From Octopus bimaculoides (Eukaryota), in NCBI RefSeq assembly GCF_001194135.2, contig NC_069004.1, positions 20,802,003 through 20,846,145 of the forward strand: DNA of 44,143 bases. The letters run 5' to 3'. Positions 11,929-24,289 of this stretch are shown here, piece after piece. How positions within the stretch are numbered: position 1 is the first letter of the stretch; each line of letters opens with the position of its first letter. The notes under the pieces are model-generated. The model was not told the DNA's origin. It searched no databases and saw only the letters and a program-made list of their open reading frames with translations. The translations under genes were made by a program, and so were the position numbers.

Positions 11929-12565
11929 AACTTGATTTATGTTGGTTATACAACAGAACAATTAAACAAAAGATTTAATGGGCACAGATATGACATCAGG
12001 CACAATAACAGTAGTTCAACAGAACTTGCTGAATATTTTACTTCAAACAGCGGCAATTTTGAAAAAAGCATGAAAGTGCATATTCTCAGAAAATATTCTG
12101 AATCTACTTCACTTTCACTTCTCATAATGCAAGAGAAGAAATATGTTTGCAGGTTATTAACAGCATGTCCTGGAGGAATGAATAAAATGGTACGAGAACA
12201 TCATCAAATTTATACAAAACTGTCTGATTAAATATTCTTTTTCCTTTTCTTTTTCTTTCCACTTTTTTTCTGCCTTTTTCTTTTCACCTGTTATAAAATT
12301 GAAACTTAAAGACTGATGATGTCTTTCCATCAACGTGTGGATGCTGGTTGCTCTCGTTCATATTTTTAAATTTAAATTTCTATAATTTTGAATTTTGATC
12401 ACTTCTTATTTTGAACTCGACAAAGACAGGCTTACTGTCAAAATATCGTTCAACCAATAAAATATCTTTTGCATTTGCATCGTGCTCTTCATCTTGTCGG
12501 TTTACCCTTGTGAAGAGTTACGTCAATCTTTTTAAAATAATAATGATAATAATAATAATAATAAT

Positions 12566-13222
12566 GGTTTCAAAATTTGGCACAAGGCCAGCAATTTCAG
12601 GAGAGGGCTAAGTTGATTACATCGACTCTAGTGCTTAACTGGTGTTTATTTTATTGACCCCAAAAGGTTGAAAGGCAAAGTCAACCTTGGCAGAATTTGA
12701 ACTCAGAATGTAAAGACAGACAAAATGTTGCTAAGCATTTTCCTGACAAGTTAATGATTCAGCCAGCTCACTGCCTTAATAATAATAATAATGATTATTA
12801 TTATTTAAAATTTTTGCCACAAGGGCAGATTGGGGGATATGGGGATGAGTCGATTATATTGACCCCAGTGTTCAGCTGGTACTTATTTTATTGACCCCAA
12901 ATGGATGAAAGGCAAAGTTGACCTTGGCAGAATTTGAACTCAGAACATAGTGATCAGCTAGTGCTTAACTGGTACTTAATCTTTCGACAAAAGGATGAAA
13001 GGCAAAATCAACCTTGGCAGAATTTGAACTCAGAATGTAGCAATGGGTGAAATACTGCTAAGCATTTTGCCTAGTATGCTAATGATTCTGCCAGCTCACC
13101 GCCTTAATAATGATGATCCTTTCTACTATAAGCACAAGACCTGAAATTTTGGGGAAGGGGACCAGTCGATTATATTGACCCCTCCCTTCAGTGTTTCACT
13201 GGTACTTATTTTATCGACCCTG
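12566..13222 (-). mobile_element. Stack of about four (ATT)n-associated SINE copies or fragments
   Basis: Units at about 12566-12776, 12804-12948, 12955-13106 and 13117-13222, mostly separated by AAT tracts. Confidence 0.75.

Positions 13223-13223
<1 letters not shown>

Positions 13224-13268
<45 letters not shown>
13224..13268. repeat. (AAT)n microsatellite
   Basis: About 15 perfect units directly upstream of the exon acceptor. Confidence 0.95.
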
Positions 13269-13270
<2 letters not shown>

Positions 13271-13282
13271 ACTATTTTTCAG

Positions 13283-13402
13283 TGCTTGGATTTGACAAAA
13301 TCCCTCTCTATGGTGTCTTCATCATTACATTTGGTGTTGGAATTTTGGTTGCCCTGGGAGTCTATTTCCTGTTGGTACCATATATGAGAAAGAAAATTAT
13401 TG
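13283..13402 (+). CDS. SLC20A1: SLC20 (PiT) internal exon (120 bp, phase 1-1)
   Basis: ttttcag|TG...ATTG|gtaagt. Encodes (L)LGFDKIPLYGVFIITFGVGILVALGVYFLLVPYMRKKII, which resembles PiT1 LLGFDKLPLWGTILISVGCAVFCALIVWFFVCPRMKRKI. This is the TM segment before the large cytoplasmic loop. Confidence 0.95.
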
Positions 13403-13920
13403 GTAAGTTTATTGTTTTTTGTATTTTTTCTAAGTTACCTTCTTTTTGTTACAATTACGCATATTTACACGCTCACACACACATGCACTTATATTAACAT
13501 AAATGCACTTGTATTTAAACACACGCAAATGCACTTATATTGGCATAAATACACTATTATATTTACACAATGTACATACACTGACATAAATATACTTTTA
13601 TATGTTCTCATACACACATACACACACACTGGCATAAACACACTTTCATATTTACACACACACATACATATACTCTGATAACTATGGATGCTATATAGAC
13701 AAGGCTAGACCTTTAAATCATTCTATTAGTACATTCCTTCTCTTCTGTACGGTTTCTCTCTGACCAATATCATTGACACACCTTTGGTCAACCCAAGACT
13801 GGTAAAATACCTGCCCAAGATGTGCAATGGGATCAAACCTATGAGCTTATAATTGCAAAGCAAATTTCTTAATCATTTGGCCATGCCTGAATCCACACCA
13901 TATTCAGACACAAACATTCC

Positions 13921-14040
13921 TACTCCTCCTCCTCCTCCTCATCATCATCATCATCATCATCATCATCTTCATCATAATCATCGCTGCTGCCACCATGACC
14001 ATTCATCAGTATCCTCTTTCTCTTCATCATCATCATTTAA
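13921..14040. repeat. (CCT)n/(CAT)n low-complexity tract at the tail of a minus-strand RTE end
   Basis: Direct reading; followed by tttaacacccagttttccatgc. Confidence 0.85.
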
Positions 14041-16285
14041 CACCCAGTTTTCCATGCTTGTATGGGTGAGGAGGATATGTTGAAGCAGATTTTTCTACAA
14101 CTGGATGCCCGTCCTGTCACCAACCTTCACCAGACAAAGTAATATTTCCCCATGAAGGACAGGAAATGAATGACATCACTTGTATTAAGGTGATGCTCAT
14201 TTACAATTAGCACATGATGTCTAGACAAGTACATGCAAACATGCACACAACAGGCTTCTTTGAGTTTCAGCCTACCGAATCCACTGACAAAGCTTTGGTT
14301 GGCCAGCGGCTATAGTAGAAGACACTTGCCCAAGGTGGTGCACAGTGAAACTGAACCCAAGACCACATGGTTGGGAAGCAAGCTTCTTAATGATAAAGTC
14401 ACAAGTGTACCTTGCTAGGGTGAATGTATTTCATATGAAACTTGTTAAAAAACATATTAGCAACAGAGGTAGTATTAATACCTAGCAATAATGTTTATTT
14501 CCAGTTCAACATGAATGTTCTGTTAGAACAAACTATACTGCAGTAGATACCATGAGAGAAAAGAAGGTCAAAATCACCTGATTTGGTGGTCTTGGCACTG
14601 GAGGTGGCGAGGATTTATGTCCCTGCTAGTGATATACACAAGTGCTTTTTGCAGCGAAAAAGCCAATATGAGAATTTCTCTCATGGTAACTACTGCAATA
14701 TAGCTTGTTCTAACAGAATGCCCACATTTAAGTGGGGATTAATATGAAACATCAAAAATCTAATTAGAAATACTTGTGAAATGAGAGAAAGACAACCTTA
14801 AATCAATGAGCTATAGATAATAAATCACTTTTGACATTTTGAAGTAAATAAAGCTATCAATAATAGCATGTGGAATATTGGGTTAAAATCCCTCTTGAAT
14901 GGAAAAAGTTGGAGGGCTGCTTTGACTTTTTCTATCCGAGATTTTCTTTAACCCAATATTCTGCATGCTGTCATTTCTAGCTTCCACCATTAAAAATTAT
15001 TTATTTCATATCTCTCACAGTTTGTAGGTCCTTAAGATGTAAGCATGATGAATAATTTTTCTATCATTTCAGAGAATAAAGGAGATCACTCTAGACATAG
15101 CCTTCCTCAAGTTGGGGAGGAGCTATATAACAACTAAGATGATGATAATAATAGTAATAATAAAAATAATAATAATATTTGTCTATCATTGTCAATGATG
15201 ACCAAGGACATTACATAGGAGGAGAAGATGGGTCATGGTGCATTTAGCTTTTGCCAATCAGGCCGATGAGTGCTTGGAATGTTCTGCTGCAGGTTGTACA
15301 CTGGTTGTCTGCTAGGAATGAAGGCAAACAGTTGGCTCTGGAATTGCACGGAGCCAACTGAGCAACAACTAAGATAATGTAAAATAAACAAATGTTTTGT
15401 TGAGAAATACTATGAAACACCTTGAGTGGATTTGAACCTCAAGTTCCATGAGCAAGAAGATAGCTTATAACAATTAAAATGAGCACTCAGACAGCACAAA
15501 CCCCTGCCAAGGCAACACCAATGTCCTTTCAACAATTAGCCAGAGATGTTTTTAAAATGAGAATATCTGAAATAAACTCAACTGCTCTCACAAACAAGAA
15601 TACTAAAAATGAACCCAATGGCGATCAAAAATTAATTTTAAAAAAACCAGAAAAATAATCCAGAATCCTTGTCAGGTACCTGATCGATCCCAATGGTAGT
15701 CGTGGAATGTGAAGGTGGGTGTGCAGGCCGTGTTTGTAATGCTGTGTGTGAGTCATCTGCAGTGGGAACAGGGACAGTTTTCTCTACAAAGGCTTTTTTT
15801 AGTCTATCCATTAAGGTCTATAGTGAAAAATTTATCTGTGCATGAAAGAAAACAGAAAGGACCTGCATATGATGCTGTTAACAGAGGTTTAACAACATCA
15901 TTGTGCACAAAAACATGAGGCCAAGAAGTAAAGCTTCCTTCAAGTCAGAGCTAGAAATGCAATTGTCAAGTAGGTCAGAGGTTTTAAACAGGAGTGATAT
16001 ATTCAAAATTGGTAAAACTAAAAATTGTTGAGGATAAATTAAATTTATTATTGTTACTGAATATGTTAGTGAATATGTTAACTTCTGAACGGTTTTCCTG
16101 CTGTTTGGTTATGTAGTTATCTACATCAGACATGGCTGTGTGGTTTAGAAGTTTATTTTGCATCGACATAGTTTTGGGTTCAGTCCTTTGGCATGGCACC
16201 TTGGGCAAGTGTCATCTACTGTAGCTCCTAGGCCAACCAATGCCATGTGAGTTAATTTGGTTGATGGAAACTGTGTGGATGTCAG

Positions 16286-16323
<38 letters not shown>

Positions 16324-16509
16324 CATGTACAACAAGATCTGGAACAATCATTTGCATTTTTATTCCTAACCCATTCTAGGCAAGTTCAGATGCAAAATAT
16401 GCTGGTTGCTGCTGTGTATGTCACAGGAGAATAACTTCTCCTTTTTACAATGACTGTGTACTCAACTCACTCGGCTCATTGGAACACCAATGTTTTGACC
16501 CAGTGTGTT

Positions 16510-16882
16510 GTTGCCACTCCATCGGTTACGATAACAAGGGTTCCAGTTGATCCGATCAACAGAACAGCTTGCTTGTGAAATTAATGTGCAAGTGGCTGAG
16601 CACTCCACAGACATGTGTACCCTTAACGTGGTTCTCAGGGAGATTCAGTGTGACACAGAGTGTGACAAGGCTGACCCTTTGAATTACAGGCACAACAGAA
16701 ACAGGAAGTAAGAGTGAGAGAAAGTTGTGGTGAAAGAGTACAGCAGGGTTCAAAACCATCCCCTGCCGGAGCCTCATAGAGCTTTAGGTGTTTGCGCTCA
16801 ATAAACACTCACAACACCCGGTTTGGGAATCGAAACTGCGATCCTACAACCGCGAGTCTGCTGCCCTAACCACTAGGCCATT
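16510..16882 (-). mobile_element. tRNA-derived SINE
   Basis: Minus head GGAGGCGCAATGGCCTAGTGGTTAGGGCAGC...GTTTCGATTCCC carrying A and B boxes. Confidence 0.75.
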
Positions 16883-16980
16883 GCGCCTCCACTTTGACCT
16901 AGTACACTATGTGAAATGGTTGGTATCAAGAAGCACCTGTAGTTGTAGAAACAATGCAACCCTCTGGCTCTTCATTTCAT

Positions 16981-17295
16981 GTCAAATCTTTCAACCCATG
17001 TAAACATGGAAAAACAAAAAGATTGTTAAATGGAGATGATGATGATGATATACATATGAAAATCAAGGTGTCACATAAAAAACATTGGTGGGATTGCTGG
17101 TGCCTTGTAAAAAGCACCCAGTACACTCTGTGGGGTGGTCAGCATTAGGAAGGGAATGCAGCCATATAAATCAAGCTGAAACAGACTATGGAACCTGGTG
17201 CAGCCCCTGACTTTACCAGTTCCTGTCAAGCCATCTAATCCATGCCAGCATGGAAAATGGACGTTAAATGTTGATGATGATGGTGATGATGATGA
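16981..17295 (+). mobile_element. Two tandem RTE 3'-end fragments with (GAT)n tails
   Basis: Both end in a degenerate ccatgccagcatggaaaatggacgttaaa-(gat)n. Confidence 0.7.
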
Positions 17296-19064
17296 AGTTC
17301 ACTGAAGTTAAAATACATATCAGATCTGGTCTCTACAAAAATAGATGAACAAGAGGTGTTTTCCTCCTAATAAAGTCCTAATCAGGTCAGTTTCTTAAGT
17401 GTTGACCAGAAAATAGATACAGACCAGCTGCTATCAGCTCATTGAAACAACTTATCAGCTAACTGAAACTACTACCTGTCCCCCTCCCACCACCACCATT
17501 ACCTGCTCTACATACTTTCCTTATCCCTCTTTGAATTGGGAAGGACAGCTGGGCTTCATGATTGCAAGCAATTCAATAGGTATTCACACTGGTTACTCCC
17601 TCCTTTTTTGGTGTGTGTGTCTATGTGAGAGAGTCTTTATTCTTGTAAATGTATACATTCACATTCATATGCACAGACTTCCATATATGTCCATGCACAT
17701 CCACTTAGGTTCCAACAGATGTACTCATGCTTACACATGTGTATACTGATTTACACATACACATGGTATGTATATATGTGTGTATATGCAAACATACATA
17801 TACATTCATATGTACTTATTCTATGTGCATTCTCATTCAAACACATTTTTACACATGCATACATTTCTTCTGTTATATTTGATTGAAATGTTTAAATGAA
17901 CCAGGTTTTGATGTTTTGCTATTAATGTTTGTTTTGATTATGTTTATTAAATATAACATTTTTTAGCATGTTTTAATTAGGACTAAAACAAAAACAAAGT
18001 TTGTTTTACACTTTATTATACCATGCATTTTTTTGTCCTGCAAGCATGCATAGTTTTTTGCATTCTGATTTATTAATTCATATATCTTCTTTTTTTTCTT
18101 TCTGTTTATTGACATGTCTTCCTATTTATCTGCTTATCCATTTATCTATTTATTTATCTGTCTGTCTGGTTGGCAATTTATAAATTTCTTTGTCCCAGCT
18201 ATTTATCTAGTTGTCTATCTGTATATTTATTTGACTGTCTGTCAATCTATATATCTAACTAGCTATCCATCTGTTCATCTTTTTTTCTATCCATTTATCT
18301 ATTTATCCATCTCTCTCTCATATGTATATATAATGTGTACATGTGAATGTATTTTTTCCTCAAATTTTTCTTTTCTGATTTAAAAAGAATTTTTTATTGG
18401 AATACTGCTTTTTCTTTATGTTAACTATTCAAACATACATATATATCGTCATTGTCATCATCATCATCATCATCATCATTTAACATCCATTTTCCATGCT
18501 GGCATGGGTTGAACAGTTCGACAGGAGGTGGCAAGGCCTGGTTCCATTGACTATATATATAGACTATTTTCCTTAGTCATTTGCAAAGTGATTGCTATAA
18601 ACTTTAAGCTTATAAAAAATGCCATTATTATTATTTACATATATGTATGTATGTAGTTTTGGTTAGACACATTTTTCCTCATTTCAGTGAGAAGTATCTA
18701 TCAAGCAGAGTTTCTGCATTAAAAGTTGTCATGTCATTATCTCCTCAACATCCTCATCCTTATTATCATTGATTTAGCAGCTGTCTCCCATGCTGGGTTT
18801 GACATTATTTCAGTCATGAAATTTCACATCTTTAAGATTTGACCTCATCGTTTCTTCCTGTCTCTTTTTAGGTCTTCTCCATTACAAGTTACTTCCATTG
18901 TTAACACAGTACTTTTTACTTTTTCTGTGTAGTAGGTATCATCCATTCACACTACATGTGCATACCATTGCAGTCATCATTCTTTCATTGAATACATGAG
19001 ATGATGTCTTTAATATACAGCTAGTTAGTATACTGCTAGATAATGTCTTTTATATACAGTCTGT

Positions 19065-19067
<3 letters not shown>

Positions 19068-19115
<48 letters not shown>
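19068..19115. repeat. (CT)n microsatellite
   Basis: Direct reading. Confidence 0.95.
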
Positions 19116-19118
<3 letters not shown>

Positions 19119-20029
19119 TTTTCTCTCAGCTTATATGCACTCTGCCCTTTATACAAGTCAATCTTTATACACCCGGTATATCATACCCAGCTCGTTTCTC
19201 TGTAGCCTCTACACATAGTTCTTCCCCCCCCCCCACACACACACATTTTTCACCAGCTGTATTTTCAGGAGGCTTCTACTTTGTCAAAAGACAACAATAG
19301 GGAAATGATGAATGCTATCAATCAGAAAACCTTCTGTAAATCCTTAATAATTTCACTGATTCATCAACAAAGGCACTATTTTTTTTTAGTTGCTTATTCC
19401 TCTCCAAGCTTAATTTGTTGTTCACTTTACTTTACACCGCCACCTGATCCTTCGCTGCAATTGGCAGAGTCCATTGTATGATATGTGAAGGTACATGGCC
19501 TAGTGGCTAAGATCGTTGCACTCACAACCACAAAATCATGGTTTCAATCCCTGGACTGAGCAGTGTACTTTGTTCTTGAGCAAGACACTATTTCATATTG
19601 TTCCAATTCATTCAGTTGTAAATTAGCAACCCTCTGACAGGCTGGCTTTCCATTCAAAGGGATTGTTGCGATTTCAAGCAGTTATACATTATGAAAAATG
19701 GACAACTGGCCCTTATGAGTCCTAGGAGTTGAGATAGTAATATTTAGGACTTACTAAAATGTTTTTTACTGTATGTTACAACCATTTGAACAAGGTCTTA
19801 GGTCTGGGAGACAAATCTGATATTATGATATACAGCCTTCTACTACAACAACCCATGAACCATGTTTGTTCTTTTTTTTTTTTCCACTCTTCCTCTCACC
19901 AATTTTGAAGTCAGTGCTAAGCTTAAGGACTCTAACCTTCCATCTCTAAGTAAATCATTAAAGTTTAAAAAAAAGAAGTGCTGTGAGCTTTGAGGCCAAA
20001 ATTATTTGAGGTAAACTTTGTTATATTAA

Positions 20030-20250
20030 CTTGTTAGCATTCAGAATTAATCTTGTCAGATATAATGCTTATTTATTCCCATTGTTTTGATTAATCATTC
20101 ATTATCTTATGGCTTTGAGATTTTGATGTTGTGATCATTTAATTTTAGAATGGCAGTGTAAGGTAGGTGCCACAGGTCAGATCTGGCCTGTTTGAACATA
20201 TAATAGGTAGAATATTTTAGCCAAATATGGCCAGTATAAATGCTGAAGGA
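20030..20250. mobile_element. piggyBac-type MITE (TTAA-flanked), diverged
   Basis: ttaa|cttgttagcatt ... aatgctgaagga|ttaa. Interior is homologous to 25071-25289. Confidence 0.7.
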
Positions 20251-20778
20251 TTAATACACTGTTTAACTATAAAGTCTGTAACATAGAGTTGAGAAATTTG
20301 TCTCCCCATCCATAGATAGGATTCTTGCCTATCATAGGTAACACTCCCTGGAAGTCTTGTACTGGTTTACTGTGGCTGGGTTAGCTGAAATGGTCAATAC
20401 AAATATCCTCACCCAGGAACAAATAAAAAAAATAAACCAGCCTGGTGGGTGTTAACAAGTATGTAGAAAACGAATATGAAAAAAAAAAAAATGCATGCTG
20501 ACGATCCTGGGGGGTTAGGGAAGGGACTTTCAGAAAATTCACAAGATCCAATTTTTCCATCATAACTTGGGTAAAATGGATATATATTGATTTTTTTTTT
20601 TTATGGAATCCCACGTTTTTGGTTATGGAGGATCCGATTCGGAAAAAATTTTTTCAAAAACTGCATTTTCAAAATTTCAATTCCCCTCCTTCCTCATTTT
20701 TCACTTTATCCAGAATTTTTTTTTTGTTTTTTGCAAAATACATAGAAAAATACGTAGAAGATTATGTTTCTGAAAAAA

Positions 20779-21037
20779 NNNNNNNNNNNNNNNNNNNNNN
20801 NNNNNNNNNNNNNNNNNNNNNNNNNNNNNNNNNNNNNNNNNNNNNNNNNNNNNNNNNNNNNNNNNNNNNNNNNNNNNNNNNNNNNNNNNNNNNNNNNNNN
20901 NNNNNNNNNNNNNNNNNNNNNNNNNNNNNNNNNNNNNNNNNNNNNNNNNNNNNNNNNNNNNNNNNNNNNNNNNNNNNNNNNNNNNNNNNNNNNNNNNNNN
21001 NNNNNNNNNNNNNNNNNNNNNNNNNNNNNNNNNNNNN
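20779..21037. other. Assembly gap (259 N)
   Basis: Run of n. Confidence 1.
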
Positions 21038-21630
21038 GAGTGGATTTGGTAGACAGAAACTGAAAGAAGCCTGTCGTATAAATGTATATATATATATGTA
21101 TGTGTGTGTATATGTTTGTGTGTCTGTGTTTGTCCCCATCGCTTGACAACCAATGGTGGTGTGTTTACGTCCCCGTAACTTAGCAGTTCGGCAGAGACCG
21201 ATAGAATAAGTACTAGGCTTACAAAGAATAAGTCCTGGGGTCGATTTGTTCAACTAAAGGCGGTGCATCAGCATAGCCACAGTCAAATGACTGAAACAAG
21301 TAAAAGAGTATACCCTCAAGCCTTCAAGAAGGTTATCCACATGCTAGAAATAACAGCCGAATCTCACAAAACTGCAATAACATAATGTAATCAATCTACT
21401 CACCTTCCTGCAAAGATTTCTTTCAGAGTAATTTTCCCTAGAAATATGACAAAGTAATTCATCTGAAATAAAAGTGGGTTTTTTTGTTTTTTTTTTTCTT
21501 AACTTTTTAAAAAACTTTTTGGGGATTTTTTTTTTTTTTTCATCAATCTACATGAGAAAATACGGAGATTAAGAATATGGAAAAAATAAACACAAATTTA
21601 AATTTAATTTTTTCAGAATCATAATCTGAA

Positions 21631-22480
21631 GCCAGTATGCTCTGCTGGATGAGTAATGTCAGTGTGCATACTAGACAGAGTATAAGTGCCTTGAGAGAAA
21701 AGTTAGACCTAAGAAGCATCAGTTGTGGTGTGCAAGAGAGACGACTATGCTGGTATGGTCATGTGGCAAGAATGGATGAGGATAGCTGTGTGTAAAAGTG
21801 TCACACCCTAGCGGTTGAGGGAAACTGGAAGAGGTAGACCCAGGAAGACCTGGGATGAGGTGGTGAAGCATGACCTTCAAACATTAGGCCTCACCGAGGC
21901 AATGACTAGTGACCAAGAAATATGCTGTACTTGAGAAGACCCGGCAGGCCAAGTGAGACCATAACCTGTGGCCTATGCCAGGGGTGTAACCAGCCCATTT
22001 AGGCGTACCTGTCTTTCATTGGATACTAAACTATGCTTGTGAAGACCTGTTGAGGCAAGTAAAATCGGAATCGAATCCAATGACAGCACCACATGACTGG
22101 CATCCGTGCTAGTGGAGCGCTAAGAGCACCATCCGAGCGTGATCGTGGGCTCCATGCCAGTGGCACGTAAACAGTACCATTCAAGCGTGATTGTTACCAG
22201 CATCGCCTTACTAGCACTTGTGCCGGTGGTATGTGGAAAACACCATTTGAGCGTGGCCGTTGCCAGTACCACCTGACTGGCCCTTGTGCCGGTGGCACGT
22301 AAAAGCACCCACTACACTCTTGGAGTGGTTGGCGATAGGGAGGGCATCCAACTGTAGAAACTCTGCCAGATCAGATTGGAGCCTGGTACAGCCATCTGGT
22401 TCGCCAGTTCTCAGTCAAACCGTCCAACCCATGCCAGCATGGAAAGCAGACGTTAAACGATAATGATGATGATGATGATG
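21631..22480 (+). mobile_element. 5'-truncated RTE LINE (ORF end + 3' UTR + (GAT)n)
   Basis: LREKLDLRSISCGVQERRLCWYGHV..GRPRKTWDEVVKHDL. Reverse-homologous to 27058-27850. Confidence 0.85.
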
Positions 22481-23659
22481 ATTTCGCAAAGAAAAATATT
22501 TCCAGATAAAGTGAAAAATGAAAGGGTGGGGGTAATTGAAATTTTGAAAATGCGGTTTTTGAAATTTTTTTTCAGAACCGGATCCTCCATAACCAAAAAC
22601 GTAGTTATGGAGGATTCATAAAAAAAAGATCAATATATATCCATTTTACTAGAAGTTATCACGGAAAAATTAGATCTTGTGAATTTTCCGAAAGTCCCCT
22701 CTCCAGCCCCCCAGGGTCGTCAGCACACATTTTTTTTCCATATTCGTTTTCTACATACTTGTTAACACTCACCAGGTTGGTTTATTATTTGTTTTTAGTT
22801 CCTAGGTCAAGATCTTTATATTGACTGCTGAAACATCAAGAATAAAGATTATAACCTAGAGATATCAACATCATCCATAGTAGATGTAAACACAATATAT
22901 TATCCACCCAGCCATTTTACCTCTACTTTAACACTTTTCTGACTATATTTCTTATGAAATATAATATTATTCTTGATTCATTGAATTTTGAAAATAATCA
23001 AGAATTTGGTGGAATTTAGTAAAATAGTTAACTTTTGTATCATGGCACCAGGGGCGGCCTCACGTAGGTTGGTATCAGATGAGTTAATAGACATAACTAA
23101 TTATGCATGATGGCTATTTCAGAAACAGATTAATGTTTGAGAAGATATTTGTAACTGGTGAAGGATGTAGATCTTGTCCTAAAGATATTCCAAACGCGAC
23201 CATCTTGTGTATCTAAGACTACATTGTACAGTATATGCTTCTTTATTTAAGTTGGTGGGATGTGATTTGCAGGAAATGGGGTTACAGTTTTTAGTCAATC
23301 AAGCAACTATGTAATGCACCCCCTCCCCATTAGCTCAACTTTGCAGCTGCTGGTGCTTACAGCAATTAATTATGTACACCTTACTGCAGCATTTACTGAG
23401 AATTAAGTGGACTATTGACCTGAGATTGACTATCAACATGGAACATCTGATTGCTCTTAACACAGAAATATCTGTGACCCAAACATTTTATATTTATTCA
23501 TTTTGCAGTATACACCCCAGCCCTTCTCTCTTCATTGCCCTTTTGCTTTCTCATTAGCTTATGAACATCTGAGTTTGTAACAGTAAGAAATAGTTTTGTG
23601 TGCATTTAGGGATGACACATGATACTTACAGTCAAAGCAAGTAAGTTTAAGAAGTGAAA

Positions 23660-24006
23660 GCCATATAACTGTACTGGTGAAATATGATTTTTGGATGTTG
23701 AGTCTCACGGAAGCAATGACAGGTGACCGAGACTGTTGTCAATTTGCTGTGCTTGAGAAGACTGGTCAGGCTTAGTGGAATCGTAGTTATAGCCAGTGCC
23801 AGTGATGCATAAAAGGCGCCCATGCCAGTGACACATTGAAGGCACCCGGTACACTCTTTGGGGTGGTTGGCATTAGGAAAGGCATCCAGCTGTAAAAACC
23901 AACCCAGAACAGACTGGAGCTTAGTGCAGCTCTCTGACTTATCAGTTCCAGTCAAACTGTCTAACCTATGCCAGCATGGAAAACAGATGCTAAATAATGA
24001 TGATGG
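23660..24006 (+). mobile_element. RTE 3' UTR fragment
   Basis: gtggttggcattaggaaaggcatccagctgtaaaa..ccagcatggaaaacagatgctaaataatgatgat. Confidence 0.75.
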
Positions 24007-24289
24007 TGATACACCTGGATGGATGGATGCATGCATACATATGTACATACATGCATTACATGTACGTAATGAATGAAATGCCACTGATGTATAATTACCA
24101 TTAGCATTTTTTTTTTGTCTATTATCTTATGTTGGTATGGGTTGGATGGGTTATCATGATCCATTTTATTTGTGATGTGGCTTGCAGAGTCCAATATCCT
24201 TGTTATAACACTCCTCTCTTTTACCAAACAATCAATGGAAGCCTTCATTACTTCAGATGAGGACTATATATAACCTGCTCCTGATCATT

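Larger units (their letters stand above)
9558..12460 (+). mobile_element. Penelope-like retroelement (RT + GIY-YIG), degenerate and interrupted
   Basis: RT motifs LYGLPKMHK, LVTMDVSSL, GCTMGTPMAVNFANLFM. Cys linker KPCSLC. GIY-YIG NLIYVGYT..KRFNGH..EKKYVCRL..GGMN. Confidence 0.9.
20392..22826. mobile_element. Non-autonomous long-TIR DNA element carrying nested SINE and RTE insertions
   Basis: 20393-20735 is the reverse complement of 22481-22825. Flanking near-direct repeat gctgaaat (20384-20391) / gctgaaac (22827-22834). Confidence 0.75.

Noticed and set aside
12313-12345. CTGATGATG...CATCAACGT as another hammerhead
   Set aside because: GAAA box is missing, position 17 is G, and there is no stem I.
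13853-14083. Poly-Pro/poly-His ORF
   Set aside because: (CCT)n/(CAT)n microsatellite at an RTE tail.
15073-15135. Candidate phase-1 exon (ENKGDHSRHSLPQVGEELYNN)
   Set aside because: Runs into TAA with no convincing donor.
19269-19335. Candidate exon ttttcag|GAGGCT...TTCT|gtaaat (EASTLSKDNNREMMNAINQKTF)
   Set aside because: Open only in phase 0, while flanking exons need phase 1, which hits TAG. The donor is weak.
20619-21253. Several 99-175 aa ORFs
   Set aside because: Artefacts of translating the N gap.
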